Translations under genes and position numbers: made by a program
Part shown: positions 1 through 37,719 of the stretch, piece after piece
Position numbering within the stretch: the stretch's first letter is position 1
How the letters are laid out: every line of letters starts with the position of its first letter
The notes under the pieces: model-generated
What the model was told of the DNA's origin: nothing
Databases searched by the model: none
Seen by the model: the letters and a program-made list of their open reading frames with translations, nothing else
Assembly: GCA_030141605.1 (NCBI GenBank)
Contig: JAQGDQ010000230.1
Coordinates: 124,001-188,000 of the forward strand
Source of the DNA: Tubiluchus corallicola
Lineage: Eukaryota; Animalia; Priapulida
DNA length: 64,000 nucleotides
Direction: 5' to 3'

Positions 1-390
1 TCACTATGTATGTTATAATTAACATATCTTTTTATACCACTAATAAACTGGTTGTTAAAATGCAGGTGACGTTTCGTATTATTTTAACAATAAGTTTTTA
101 TACCGTGAAGTAATGAAATTCAAGTATTTTTGGAAAACTTAAATAACTTTGCGGATTTACAATCACTCAGATTCGTTCACGAATTATGAAGCAATGCAAA
201 CAAAAACTCACCAAAACAAATTCTTCGTCTATGTCTTTTCTAACTGAAATTTTGGAAGTCTCAAAAAATAAATAAATAATTTTTTCGTTCCTCACGTAAG
301 AACGAGTTTTGGTAATTCATCCTATTATGTGTAAACGATTTTTATTTTAGAACTGTAAGTTATGGCATGTTTTGTTTTCTCGTTTTTTAG

Positions 391-25100
<24,710 letters not shown>

Positions 25101-26175
25101 TTGAGAATTTTGTAATTATTGTATTGATTTTTTTGCACTTGTGGTTGCTGTTACTCTTAACTTACAGAGCATAATTTCCATAACTTTATAAAATTATGTT
25201 ATTTCTTATTATTGTATTTTTATAAACTTGTAGTATGATAGAGGCATCACTGCATAGGATCACATATGAGCTATTGGGCATTTACGTAACGAGAGACGAT
25301 ACAGTTATTTTACTGTAACAGCATCTAACCCACAGTTTCTAGCACGAAAGTTTCCATTTTAAATCATTAATACATTCTTTAGCTATGCACATAGCTTGCA
25401 TTGCACAATTTAAGTATAGTGATATTTCTTATTACTGAAAATTAACTTCTTTGCATAATAGCTTTTTACGATCTTTATTATATTTTTGAAGTGTTGTCAC
25501 ACATTATATTTTTACACTTAATACTTAAAATTGTTAAATTAAATATGAATATGTCTGTTGAATGAAAATTGCTTACCATTTCGACGTGTTAAATCAAAAT
25601 TAGCATTCATTCTTGTGTAACTTTTAAACTAGTCCGTGAAGCCTCATTTAGGTTGATCGCTTTGTTTACTTTTTACCTTATAGTTTATTTATTTGTTTTT
25701 ATTATATTTATTATTTTTTCTATCCACTGGTGTGTTTATTTACTTGTTGGGGTATATGTTATTAGTTGTTTATTCATTTTTTGCAGATGTTATGATAGTG
25801 GTTAATGCCGTTTCAATGATAATATAATTAACATTATTATAAAATTCTGTATTAATTTGTTAGTTCTTGTACGTTAAAAACAGTAAATGAGCAAGAACAA
25901 CGTAATTACGTCGTTGTTTGCAAATGGGATGCATGTTTTCTTTCGAAAAAAATCGATAAAAGAACAGTTTCTTAGTAAACTTGTTGATTTTTTCCATAAT
26001 CGTAAGTCCAAAGATGGAGAATTGTCTACTTACACTGTTATCATGTTATTGTTATTATAATCGTAAAACAATACTAATTATTATTAAGCCATCGTTCATG
26101 TTATTATTCATATCAGCATAATAATAATTTTCTGTACTTCGCTACTTGTATATATTGTACATGTTAAAATTCTGT

Positions 26176-26181
26176 AATAAA
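26176..26181 (+). terminator. Candidate eag polyadenylation signal
   Basis: AATAAA about 1.1 kb after the eag stop in AU-rich sequence; unverified. Confidence 0.35.
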
Positions 26182-26992
26182 TTTCTCATTCCAGAATCAT
26201 GTTTTACCTAAACCCGCAGTGTTCACTTTGTTTTGATATGAAGATCAACAATTGCTTAATTCTGGTTTCTCTTTGTTATTTAGATCTTCATATAAGATCT
26301 CGTTTAATGCTGCAAACTTTGCAACTATTGACACCTTGAATTTTTATTTTTTGTCAATATATTCTATCACACAGGGATGCCCTTAAAAATAAATTATTTG
26401 ATCAAGTTTGATGTCATGAGCCACCGTGAATATGACCTTTGATCTTTTAAATTTATGTTTATGTTTGATGTTGAAAATTTTGAAAAGCAGCCATGTACAG
26501 TGACATAAGCAGGTTAGCACCTTTTCAGTTTTAGCTTTTATCAGATGGATTAGGACCTCCGCATCGTAAATAAATTTTCCAAACATCGTAGAGCCTCTAT
26601 AAGAGAAACTTTGCAGAGCGGATGGATTTCTTCTCTGTTATAAGTATGTCACGGTTATCTGTTTGGAATTAAATTTTCAAATACAGTAATTACAAAAATT
26701 CAGTTTCCAATTTCTCTAAAATAATAGTTTAATTTTAAATTCTAAAGTTGTGGTTTGATTCTTTGTAGAAATATGGTTGTGACAAAACAACAATATACTT
26801 ATTTACACTTTGTTATAATTACACAGACAAATATTCCGGTCCACGTCTGGCTGAACTCCGCTCTATGCTACGTACTATCATGCAGGTCAGCCATTAGACT
26901 GTAATCAAATAAACAACTATCAAACTAGTAAACAGGAAACAAAGTTTTTAGTACAGTATGCGCAAAGACTAAAGATCACACTGTGAGCAAAC

Positions 26993-27118
26993 ATGGATAA
27001 TATAGGATGGGAAAAGTTATACAAGGACGCGTTAGCAGCTAGAAAGAGGTGTGCTGGAATCCTTCAGCCAACTCCGTTGCTTAAACTTCATGAAAATACT
27101 AAATGCCCAAACACGAAT
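26993..27118 (+). CDS. PLP enzyme exon 1 (MDNIGW...TPLLKL...TN)
   Basis: AAACATGG start context, AAT|gtaagt donor. Confidence 0.85.
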
Positions 27119-30100
27119 GTAAGTACTTATTTTGTCAGTTTCTTCTCTCCTCTTTGTTCTGTACTTTTTCTCTAATATGTAGTACTTGCTCATTCACTGT
27201 AAACTGTTTCATATAGACAATGATCTTGGATGCTATACTCAAAAGTCTTCGTACACTGAAATTATAGGTGTTTCTAAAACTTGAGAATCTTCAACCATTG
27301 GGCTCATTTAAGGTCAGGGGAGCTTATAACATCGTTTGCAACTTATCAGATGAACAGAAGAGGCTGGGGGTGTGGTCTGCTAGCAGAGGAAACTTTGCAC
27401 AAGGTAGGTTCACTATGTTAATTCCTATACTTTGTAGTTAGACTAGTAATATTAGTCAGCGGTTTAATTGAAATACTGTAATAAAAGCCTAGATATTCTG
27501 ACGAAATTTAATACACTAAAAAGTTATAGAGGTGATTTATTGAAAATGCGCAAGCTGAACAGTCAGAACGACCAATTTGTAAATATTGAGCCGTGTTTCT
27601 CAATAAATCACTTCTTAAACCAATTTACCTTTTACATTTCGTTCGCTATCCATTTCAATACGACATTTTGTTGAAATGAAAGTTTGTTTCTAGACGGTAG
27701 TAAAATATAGCTGAACATACATCATAAGGCTGAATGAATGAATGAACGAATGCAAGAATGGCTTAATAAATAGAAGAAAAAACTATAAAAAACTTTTAAA
27801 CAAAATGCTATTATAAGTTAACAAACAAAATCAGTTGCATTACATGTGAGTTCTGCACATGGTATTTACGAACTATTGAGGATTATTCTTGACAATTCGA
27901 TGGGCTCTGGTAGGGGCAATCTTCAATGTAACTGTAAAAATTGCAAACACAAAAATTCCTTGCTTGTTGCGGGTTTACAATTAGATTCTTATTTCTAAAC
28001 GAACAACACTAGACAATTGCCAGGTATCCGACTTACAAAATTATGATAAAAGTTATAAACAAAAATACCTCTCATTTCTTAACAATTCTTTATTGTTATT
28101 AATAAATTCTTTTAATTCCTTAACCAATGTTAGCAACACAGTTCGTCACTGCTAACACAATTACACGCATTATTGTGTGTAGAAAACAGATAAATCTATT
28201 AATCTGTCAAACGCGTTAGATAGTAAGTAACTCAAGAAGCAAGTTTGCCCGTTAAATCTAGGTTTGTGCCTCCCTCTAGTGCAGCATAACAAAAATATTT
28301 TGGCTTCATCCGTCATTACAGTATGGCCCATAAAAATATTAAAAGTATATACCCTGCCCGCCAAATACTGATCCCGACTTGCAATATATCGAATTGTGTA
28401 AAAAACGTAGGACATTTTATTGATTTTATTGCATTTTTAACCCGTAACAAGGTTCCAATCCGCTCATTTACAGCCATTACAGAAAGGGAAAAAGCAGCCT
28501 AACAGCTTTAGTAAAGTTAGCAAGTACGAACATGGCTAAAAATTTATTAGTCATATATTGTAAAAGTTATCATAAAATTGATTCATTTTGACAGAAACCA
28601 ACTTCTAAATCTATTTTGCGATTTATATCTTCATTTATACCGCATTTGAGTTTTAATCTCAGGATTGTCATGGGCTTGCAACCAGCAAGACATCAAATGC
28701 ACCGTGGTTGTACCTCACAATGCTCCCAAGGCGAAGATCGAGCCTGCGGAAAAATTAGGAGCTAGAATCGTACATGTAAGTTTCGTCACTTGACGTTTTT
28801 GTGACAAATCAGACCAATTAAGTAATCGATCTTAGGAATATTAACCAGCGAAATACACGACGCAACGGTACCTTAATTTTGTATTCTACAGGTGTCAAAC
28901 TCGGAATGGTTTAAGATAATATTTGAAAGTCCAACATGTCCACAAGCAACTGGAACATTCATACATCCGGCGTTTGAGTACAAAGCAATAGCTGGTGAGT
29001 TAGTATAGATGAGTTTGTTGATCTATTACCAATTTTCGTTTTTCTGCTTTTCAGGCCCAGCAAACTGTGTGAAGATTTTGTTTTCTTGGCCAAATTCTGT
29101 GATGAACCAAAAATGGCTAGCTTAACGGTTACTCTGTCAGCTTTAATCAAACAGCTCCGATTTTTCTGCGATGGCAATATAGCGCGAGTAAAAATAAGCT
29201 AAAAGGTAATAAAGAATGGCTTGCTCTATAATTAAGTCATATGCTCGCTAGAAAAGTCGCTCTCACATTCAACAATTTTTATTGGCAGCAAATGTTGTGC
29301 TGATAAAAGTCGCAAGCGTGTCAGTGTGACAAGTTTAAAAGAAAAGCTATGTTTTTTTTGTGCCTCTTTACCATAAATTACACGACCTGGCAAAGTAAAA
29401 TATAATGTATTTCGAAATCAGATGTATGGGATATATCCGGAAGCGCTTATGGATATTTTAATGTCATTATTAAATCCAACTCTCAATGTTAAATTATAAC
29501 TTTATGGTTTTGTCTAAAATTAATAGTACGGCATTACTGATTTTTACGTGGTAGCCGAATTGGCCAAATGGTTATGGCGAGCCTGGCCAGTAAAAAGATT
29601 GGTAACCATCACGAAAACTACTTTTGAGCAGTTTCAGCTGTCATGCTATTCCCGGCTAGTTATCTTGTTGAACTATGCAAGTATCTAAATGTGGCTCAGA
29701 CACTACTGCAGGTTCTTTAGGATGATCACCTTGTGATGAAGTAGGCTCAACCCCCGGCGCATCCATTACATTAAGATGGCCCTGTCTTTGAATTGTAAAT
29801 TTACATAAAACTAGTCCGGAATGCGAAGCATGGGGATTACTCGCTTATTGCGAATTTTCTGCTCAACTGTCTCGATATGTAATTTAGAATGCCGTTTATT
29901 ATTGCTATAGATCCATATTTTACAAAATTTAGACTTGGAATTAACTTTATTGCAACGTCGTCTCATTGTTAAAAACTTGTAGAAACGTTCACGTGGACAA
30001 CGAGAACGAGACCCAGACAGGTCTCACGGCGAAATAGACGGCTCTATAGAGTTACTGTGCTAGCGAGTAACGCAAAAACTGAATTTTCGAGAATTGCTTT

Positions 30101-31669
30101 GATCATTTCAGTTTTAGAACGTTGTGACAAGGTCCATAAGCCGAATATAATTGTCTCTTATAATAAGCCGAATAAGCTCTCTTATTGTTCCAAAAGTCTT
30201 ACCTACATCCAAGGACCAAGCGTTATACACATACATAATTATTTTTGCAAAACTTCTATATGACTTTTGTCCGAAATGTAATTATAATTCGAATCCGTCG
30301 CCTATATGAAGCAATTACTGGGTGTGTTATACATACACTGAATGACCATAGAAAAAATGACCATACAAATTTGAGTACGTGCCTAATGTTCTGTATGGAT
30401 ATCTCGCAGCTTGGCATTTAGAAGCTCATTTTCTGTTATTGTAAATCCTTTGTCAGGTAATGCTGTTATTGGATTAGAAATTCTAGAGCAGCTCGCAGAT
30501 ATTGATGCTATAATTATACCTTTCGGGGGAGGTGGACTGACTCTAGGAATTGCTGCTTGCATTAAACATAGGTAACATTTACTGCTTTAATTCTCTCTCT
30601 CTTCTCTCTCTCCCTTTTCCTCCCTTCTCTCTGTTTCTCTGTCGCGCTCTCTCTCCTGCTTTCAGTATCTTTGTTTTTTCTCTCATTCCCTCCCCTCGTT
30701 GTCACCAATAATTACTTTCTTATATTCTTTACTTATCTTTTACTTTACTTCAAACAAGTTTTCTTTCCTCCAATAGTTTGCTTCTTTTTCCTTTCCGTTT
30801 CTCTAAACCTCTTCTTTTCTATCATTAGTTCTATCGTCCAACTGTTTTTTGCTGTTGTCATTTTTTGTTCGTTTACCTATCGCTTATATTTTTCCATTTT
30901 TTCTGTTTTCTTCTTTTCTGCTTTGTTTCCTTTTCCTCGTTTTCCTTTCGTGCTTTTCGCTTTTTGTTCTTTCGTAGTTCTTCATTTCTTTTCTCTCTCT
31001 TAATTTCCTTTTTCTTTGCATCTTTGCGTCCCTTCTTTTTATCTTCCCTTCTGCCTTCCATTCCTCCTTCCTCCCCGTTGCTTTCGTTTCCGCCTTTTTC
31101 ATTCACCTTTACACATCTACTAATAGGCTGGCGCATGTTCTTCAGTAAACAGAAAAAACAACCCTCTTCAGTTACCAAATTTCCTTTCGTAAGCAAGTAA
31201 TATTTCCCACAAATTAAGTTATTCATCTTCATTTACCAAATTTAGCTTATTATGTACGTTATTTCGCGTAACCATAGCAACCGAGTTTATGTTGTGTTAT
31301 AATCAAATGATATGAGTACATAATAAACTTGACTAAACGACATTTTGAGTTGGCGTTGCTCAAGAATTTCAAACTTTTATTACTAGTTCACTTCAGACTG
31401 CATTACGCAACGCTCTTGAGAGTAACATTTTTCTGGCAGCGTTTTATATTTTTGAAAAAATGAAATTAGGCTTTAATAATAAGAATAACCAGAGTGCAGA
31501 TTTATGAATGGTAAAGAAAATCTACGCTAAAGTGAAGAAGGGGGATGGAAATTACAAGGTTTCTAAATCTTGTAAATTAATTGAGACAAAAGATGTTTTC
31601 TTTACAAAGATGCATTTTATTTAGTATTTACGCACGCATAATTTGTTTAAACTCCATGTCGCTGGCTGG

Positions 31670-31735
<66 letters not shown>

Positions 31736-31745
31736 ACTCTCTCTC

Positions 31746-31821
<76 letters not shown>

Positions 31822-32033
31822 TCTCTCTCTCCCTCTCTCTCTCTCCCTCCGTCATCCAAAAACACCATGTTCCTGCAAATAATAGACAATATTATAAAAA
31901 ATGAAAAGAATTGTAACTTTGAATGCGTGATTGAAAATCTCAGAAAAATTGATTAGGCTACATGTTTTAATACGTATATTTAAGTACATTATAATTTAAG
32001 TGACTCCACGTATTTTGCTTTCTCACACATACA

Positions 32034-32067
<34 letters not shown>

Positions 32068-35000
32068 TTGCAAAGTATGTATAAAGACTAATGTTCTAAT
32101 GTGAACCAGAATGATTAACTGAAATAGATTTTTTTAACTTTCTCCTGTCAAAACAATAACACATAGCTCCATTTTGTATATCCTTCAATCGCTCATTTGG
32201 CAGACTCTCCGACTTTTGTGTGCCTTAGATCGCCGGTTCAAATCCATAACTTTTTATCTGTTGCCGTTTCTTTTACATATAACGATTATTAACTTTCGTG
32301 GTGTTACGTTAGTTCTTGTGTGTGATGTATCTTTTTATTACTTCTTCTCCTCCCTTCATGTCTCCTGTCCTCCCTCGCTCTTTTCTTTATTTCAGTATGT
32401 TTCTACTTTTACTGTCATTTTTCTTCTTTGTGCGCCTCTATAAACTTGCGATGTGACGCGACAGCCTCTCATTACATTTCTTCGTTCATCACAGAAATGT
32501 GCAACTCCCTCTATCTCTGTGTTCCAATGTTCTCTCTGTCTCTGTATGAAATTTCAATTTTTTATTATTTCACTGTAAGAGGAAAAACGGTTTCAATAAC
32601 AGCCTATTTTGAAATTTAAGGCTATTGAAAAACGTTGACGCGTCAGTCAGTCAGTCACTCATTCAGTCAACATTTTATACAACGTCTTGTGATAAACCAC
32701 CACCAAGTTCAAAATTTTGTGGCACACGACACTGCGTCTCAAGTAAAGCTGCGTTACTCGTCACGTAGTATCTAGATAATAGAATATTAAGAGAACAAAC
32801 TATCTGTCGTCGCTGTTATTTGTGTTGATTAGAGGCAGCTCAATGACAGCAGGAAATAAGACCTAGCCGTTCATCACGTTTGTACAACCACTATGATCAC
32901 CTATTCGAATGTTGCGTGAATATTTTGTTATAGATGAGGATGAGTTTTCATATCCTACCCCATTTTCAAATACGAAAATGTATATAATTTTAACACCTAT
33001 AATAATGCCAAAATCTTTCTGAAAATTAAATCATACGTTAGAAACTTAATTAGCGACGGGTGAGCCCAACTAGTGATGGCATCACAATTGAACATAATTT
33101 TTAACAGCACAAGCATTCCACGAGCGTGTTGCACGTGTCTGCAATAGCGAAACTTGTAGTACAGTGCTTCTGTACAACATTCAGCGTAGTGTTCAAAAAC
33201 TCAGTAAAATTTAAATGCAAAATTGAAATTTCAAGTTTACAGCTGTGCTCATGAATAAGCTGTCGTACGTGTGCACTACATCACAGATGAACACATCTGA
33301 CCTGGGAGGTTACGCACCTGTTTTATTATTGTGCTCCGCGTTTCCGAGATACAGACGCTAGTGCCCATCAATCTAACAAATGGCGAAATGTATGTGATAG
33401 CAAATAATCAAAGCATTCGTAACACACTCTTCCCTAACTAAGCAAATGTATAAACTATTTTATATTACCAATAAGATCAATAATGTATTTTTGGTGATCT
33501 AGTGGTGTACACTGGGATGGCGATATAGTGCAGTTGGCTAAGATTTACACGAGTCTTTCAAACAGGTAAGAGTAATGCCAAGGAACATAACTTTGTTTAG
33601 AAAGTTTTTTGTGATTACTTTTCTTTCCCTTCAACCAAACCTCGCGACATTTGCTGCATTTAGTGAACGCTATACATTATGACGTTTGGTAAAATATTCT
33701 TTTCTATGACAGTCAATTAGTCAGCCAGCCAGTCAGTCAGTCAGTCAGTCAGTCAGTCAGTCAGTCAGTCAGTCAGTCAGTCAGTCAGTCAGTCAGTCAG
33801 TCAGTCAGTCAGCCAGTCAGTCAGTCAGTCAGCCAGTCAATCAGTCAGTCAGTCAGTCAGTCAGTCAGTCAGTCAGTCAGTCAGTCAGTCAGTCAATCAG
33901 TCAGTTAGTAAGTCAGTCAGTCAATCAGTCATCAACTATATCAGCTAAATTACCATACTTGGTCAGTATTGCTCTTGGATCTGGTACTAGCAAGACGTGC
34001 TGTTAGGTTTCAAGGTGACCTTAACTATAGAACAGTTCTGATCCACAATTACGACGAGTTTGCTGATTTATAGAAATAAACCCGTGATAAATCACAGGCT
34101 TAAGTGTTCATTTTAACTAATCTTGAAACTGGCTTCTCTTTCCCAAGTTATACATTGCCACTTGGACCAGACATTCTGGATCTTATCTCAGCCACATGCC
34201 CAGTGACGTGGATTCTTTGGGAGCAGTCTTTCGGAGAATTCTTTCGGATTCTTGACCAGGTGTAACGATCTGTCATTGTCATGACTTTTTACGTCATATG
34301 TAAGAAATAAAACAGCCTTGTCTCTTTTTACACTGTAGAGCGTAAAGCCCAATAAAGCACATTAAATCACGCTCTTCACAACGTTTTGGTTGAACTTTTT
34401 TTTCGGTTATTTAGTCGACATATTTTTCAGGTCCTAGTTAGTCAGCTAACTTTTTGTACTAAAATTAACCACTAGGTTTCAATTTTGTTCTCTTGACGAC
34501 CTTGTCTCAGTCGACCCAGTAGACATTGAAACGATATGTCACCCGTATAAGTCTTAGATAAAAGCATTAAGCATCTTCTAACTTAATCGCATTTCCCAGT
34601 AAATTATTTTACAGGGTTATTACAGTTTTGCAAGGCCTGCGTTTGAAGTACTATTCAGCAAGCACATTCTCTCTAGTTAAAGTGCGAAAAATACACAGGC
34701 AACGAGTTCTTTGGACAAAATTAAATGTGAATGAAAACATGGCGTCCGTTGCTTGGTCTCCCTTCGTGTCAGACAATGCGTTGTAGAATTTAATACTGAA
34801 GCGTACCATAACTAAATAGTTTCTTTCAGAAAGCCAGATGTACGCGTGTATACCGTCGAGGTAGAAACAGCTGCACCATTGATGGCTTCATTACAAGCAG
34901 GTGAACCAGTGATGATCAATTATCAGCCAAGTTTTGTCGACGGTATGAATGAACATTAATTATCTCGTTTTAGACAATGAGCCACAATCACGCGTAAGGA

Positions 35001-35938
35001 GAGTAAGGTTTAGTGTTTGGCTGATTAACCTTTTTAGTTTGCGAAGTGTAATGAAAAAGACCTTTGGTGCAATACACTAATGCAATATATATTTTAAAAG
35101 CGGATTTAGTAAACAAAGTCTCTTTACTAAAAACGTTGTATATTTTAGAAGTGGAGTAGAAATTCCACATGTATACTGGATGTGGTCTCTCCTTTATCGC
35201 ACCTTCTATAGTTGCTCTTGCAAGGAGGAATACTAGAAAGTATTTGGTTGATCTATCTGTGCGTTTGTGTTGTACTAGTCAGTCAACACTTACTGACTCG
35301 AGCGCCGGAGTCCAAAAGGCTAAAGTTTTAGCACAGCTTTCTGATTTTTAAGAAACTCAAAACGTAAACGTATCTACTAAGATATGGAAACATAAGGAGC
35401 TTTGGCAATTTCTTCAAGTTAAGTATAAGAAAATTGTCATTGAAATGTACTGCACAGGAAAATTATGGTTCAGCTTTGCGGCTTTATTCCAGTAATTTTT
35501 TACAATAAAATAGCCATGACTTTGCTTAACCAACGTAGACGCATCAGTTATAATGTTATGTGATGTGATATGATTATGGGCTTTGCTTTGCTGTTAACAA
35601 GCCTGTATATGCCATTGTTGCTTTCTACACCACTAGATATTGTACAAATTGTGTTGTGTTTTTCGTTAGGTATAGGAAGCACAACAGTTTCTTCCGCTAT
35701 TTTTCACCAAGTGAAAAATCTCGTCGAGGAATCCATTGTTGTCAGTCTAGAGGAAATTAAGAACAGTATCCGTCTATTGACTAGGATGAACCACGTGATC
35801 ACCGAAGGCGCTGGTGCTGCTTCTGTTGCAGCGGCTCTTTCTGGAAGAGCAGGAACCGGAAATATTGCATGTGTTGTCTCTGGCGGCTGCATTAATATTT
35901 CACTTTTTTGTGAACTTTTGCAATGTGAAGACGAGTAA
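26993..35938 (+). CDS. PLP-dependent fold-type II enzyme, serine racemase / threonine(serine) dehydratase family, 324 aa; join(26993..27118,27268..27403,28663..28775,28892..28994,30457..30571,34830..34942,35670..35938)
   Basis: [22 protein letters not shown] (PLP lysine), [33 protein letters not shown] (phosphate loop), [29 protein letters not shown]. Six GT-AG introns in phase, total 975 nt. Confidence 0.93.
27268..27403 (+). CDS. PLP enzyme exon 2 ([17 protein letters not shown])
   Basis: attatag / G|gtaggt; PLP-attachment motif. Confidence 0.94.
28663..28775 (+). CDS. PLP enzyme exon 3 (GLSWACNQQ...[17 protein letters not shown])
   Basis: ctcag / CAT|gtaagt. Confidence 0.92.
28892..28994 (+). 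CDS. PLP enzyme exon 4 (VSNSEWF...[12 protein letters not shown])
   Basis: ctacag / G|gtgagt. Confidence 0.9.
29553..29790 (+). mobile_element. Possible tRNA-derived SINE
   Basis: A-box-like TGGCCAAATGG at 29561 followed by a GC-richer body; B box not clear. Confidence 0.35.
30457..30571 (+). CDS. PLP enzyme exon 5 ([12 protein letters not shown]...PFGGGGL)
   Basis: tgtcag / AG|gtaaca; glycine-rich phosphate-binding loop. Confidence 0.94.
30590..31100. repeat. Long pyrimidine-rich low-complexity tract
   Basis: About 500 nt dominated by C/T on the + strand. Confidence 0.85.
31671..31850. repeat. (CT)n microsatellite
   Basis: Directly visible. Confidence 0.95.
32345..32530 (+). repeat. Dispersed repeat, homologous to 63790-63962 (inverted)
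   Basis: Shared CTCTTTTCTTTATTTCAGT...TCTACTTTTACT...TTTGTGCGC(C/T)TCTATAAACTTGC...GACAGCCTC...GTTCATCA(C/T)AGAAATGT(G/A)CAACTC. Confidence 0.8.
32557..33074 (+). mobile_element. Possible Helentron/DINE-1-like non-autonomous element
   Basis: T-rich start, internal (GTCA)n, end GCGACGGGTGAGCCCAACTAGT (short GC hairpin then CTAGT). Confidence 0.35.
33708..33930. repeat. (GTCA)n microsatellite
   Basis: Directly visible. Confidence 0.95.
34830..34942 (+). CDS. PLP enzyme exon 6 ([16 protein letters not shown]...QPSFVD)
   Basis: tttcag / G|gtatga. Confidence 0.92.
35670..35938 (+). CDS. PLP enzyme exon 7 (GIGSTTV...[14 protein letters not shown]...VSGGCI...stop)
   Basis: tcgttag acceptor, TAA at 35936-35938. 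Confidence 0.93.
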
Positions 35939-37719
35939 TATTGGCAAATATTATATATATGTTCATTCACCGAAATATGTATTATTCATTATAGCTATTT
36001 TAAACGACTTTTTTAAATTAAAAGTCTTGTAAGTTGAACTGTGTGTCAAACTTTTAGGACAGCGACTTCCTTAGGCTGGCTAATAACGTGTAAAAGCTTT
36101 TAGATGATTGCACGCATTTCCTTTTTTGAAACGCTGTAACTTTACACCATACGCCATGTTGCAAAATTTCCTGCAATGTTAAACAGAAAAGCAAAAACAA
36201 GTTAATAAAAGATTTCTTACCTTTTTTATTTTCATCTTTTTGCACTTTAATTATGCATGTACTAGTTACCTGAAATACTGCTGTTCTGAAATATTTTTGC
36301 TTGTATTGTTCAATCTTAGTATAACATGTTGTTACACAAACTTACAATGCAAATAATTTTATTGTAGAAAAGCATCACTATTACAAATACTTTTTACCGA
36401 AAAATTGAATGATCTTTGTTTCAAGTTGAAAATCAATAACAATATTCAAACTTTTGTACATCTCGGAAACAGATGTCCGGAGTTGGAATGGAAGTTACAC
36501 AACTTAATTTATAGGTAACGGAAAAGTGGACTTATGAACATTAATTACTGAAATCTTTTCGACGCTTAATAAACTCATTTTATAAACACGTTTTATAATG
36601 ACTTCAATCAATAATGATGTCAATTAATCTGCGTCGTATTGCATCTCATTCAGGTATGCTTTGATGGCCGGATTTTCTTTTCAACTTTGAAGTTATTTTT
36701 AAAGCATAGTCATAAACTCTTTTTCCACTGATTGTAATGTCACTCGCTTTATCAGCATGATTATAAACTAGTAACCCTTCAGAAGCCTGTTTGCATTAGT
36801 AGTAATTAAACCTCTTTGGTAAAGTAATCATACGCTCCATACTCACAAATTTAATGGATGATAATCAGTTTCGTATGACATGAATGGAAAGCCATTCAAG
36901 CAATGCGAATTTGTCTTGGTTTAATTACCTGTAACTAAGTGAATAGGTCCACCCGTCTCTGGGCGCAATAATGGCGGATTCTATGGCTCACTGACAACAT
37001 CTGACCGCGGATACAAATGGTACCTGTCATCATTCTGTTCAACTCTGACGAACAAAATCGATTAATGTGACCCAGACCGTGCATTTTTCTACTGGCTGTT
37101 AACAACAAAACGCTAGATCCGTGCCGCTTACACTTGTGTAGCATCGTGAACACGCCTTCTTGTGTTAGCTCGTTATTTATCCCCGAGAGAGCCAGCCAAG
37201 CTTTTAATCGCCAGGAGTTTATTCAAGCGAAATGTCAAAGGGAAGCCTTCCTGCCTCCTACTCACGTTTTTCCTCCACGACCTTTAAGCTAACTGATATT
37301 TGTTTCAGTAATTACACTTGCCGCCAGTTGGGGTAATGTTATTCATTTTGACACCGCGTGATTAATTGTTGTGAATAAAGTGGTTTTGAGAAACGAATAA
37401 GTTTGTCGCCTATATACAGGCACGTTGAAATGTGTTTTAAAAGGAGAGATTTTTATATTAATTAACGTTTTTCGTATCCAGGACGTGGGGAAGTGGAGTA
37501 ACATAAAGATAGAATTTTACACGGGTAACACGATTAAGAATAATGCTGATACAGTAATGGCTGTAGTCAGCTTATGACAAGAAAACATAATTTAAAGTGC
37601 ATTAATTCATTATCAAGTTTTAGTTGATAAAATGATCTTCAATATTTATATATGAGTTTAAAATCAGTAATAGGCTAAGACTTAAATGTTTTATATTGAT
37701 TACTTAAGTAATTAATATG

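Noticed and set aside
30671-31232. Phe/Leu-rich membrane-like and Lys/Glu-rich ORFs
   Set aside because: Product of the polypyrimidine/polypurine tract in intron 5 of the PLP enzyme gene
36935-37260. GC-richer patch with short ORFs on both strands
   Set aside because: No recognisable protein or consistent splice structure; could be regulatory but unsupported
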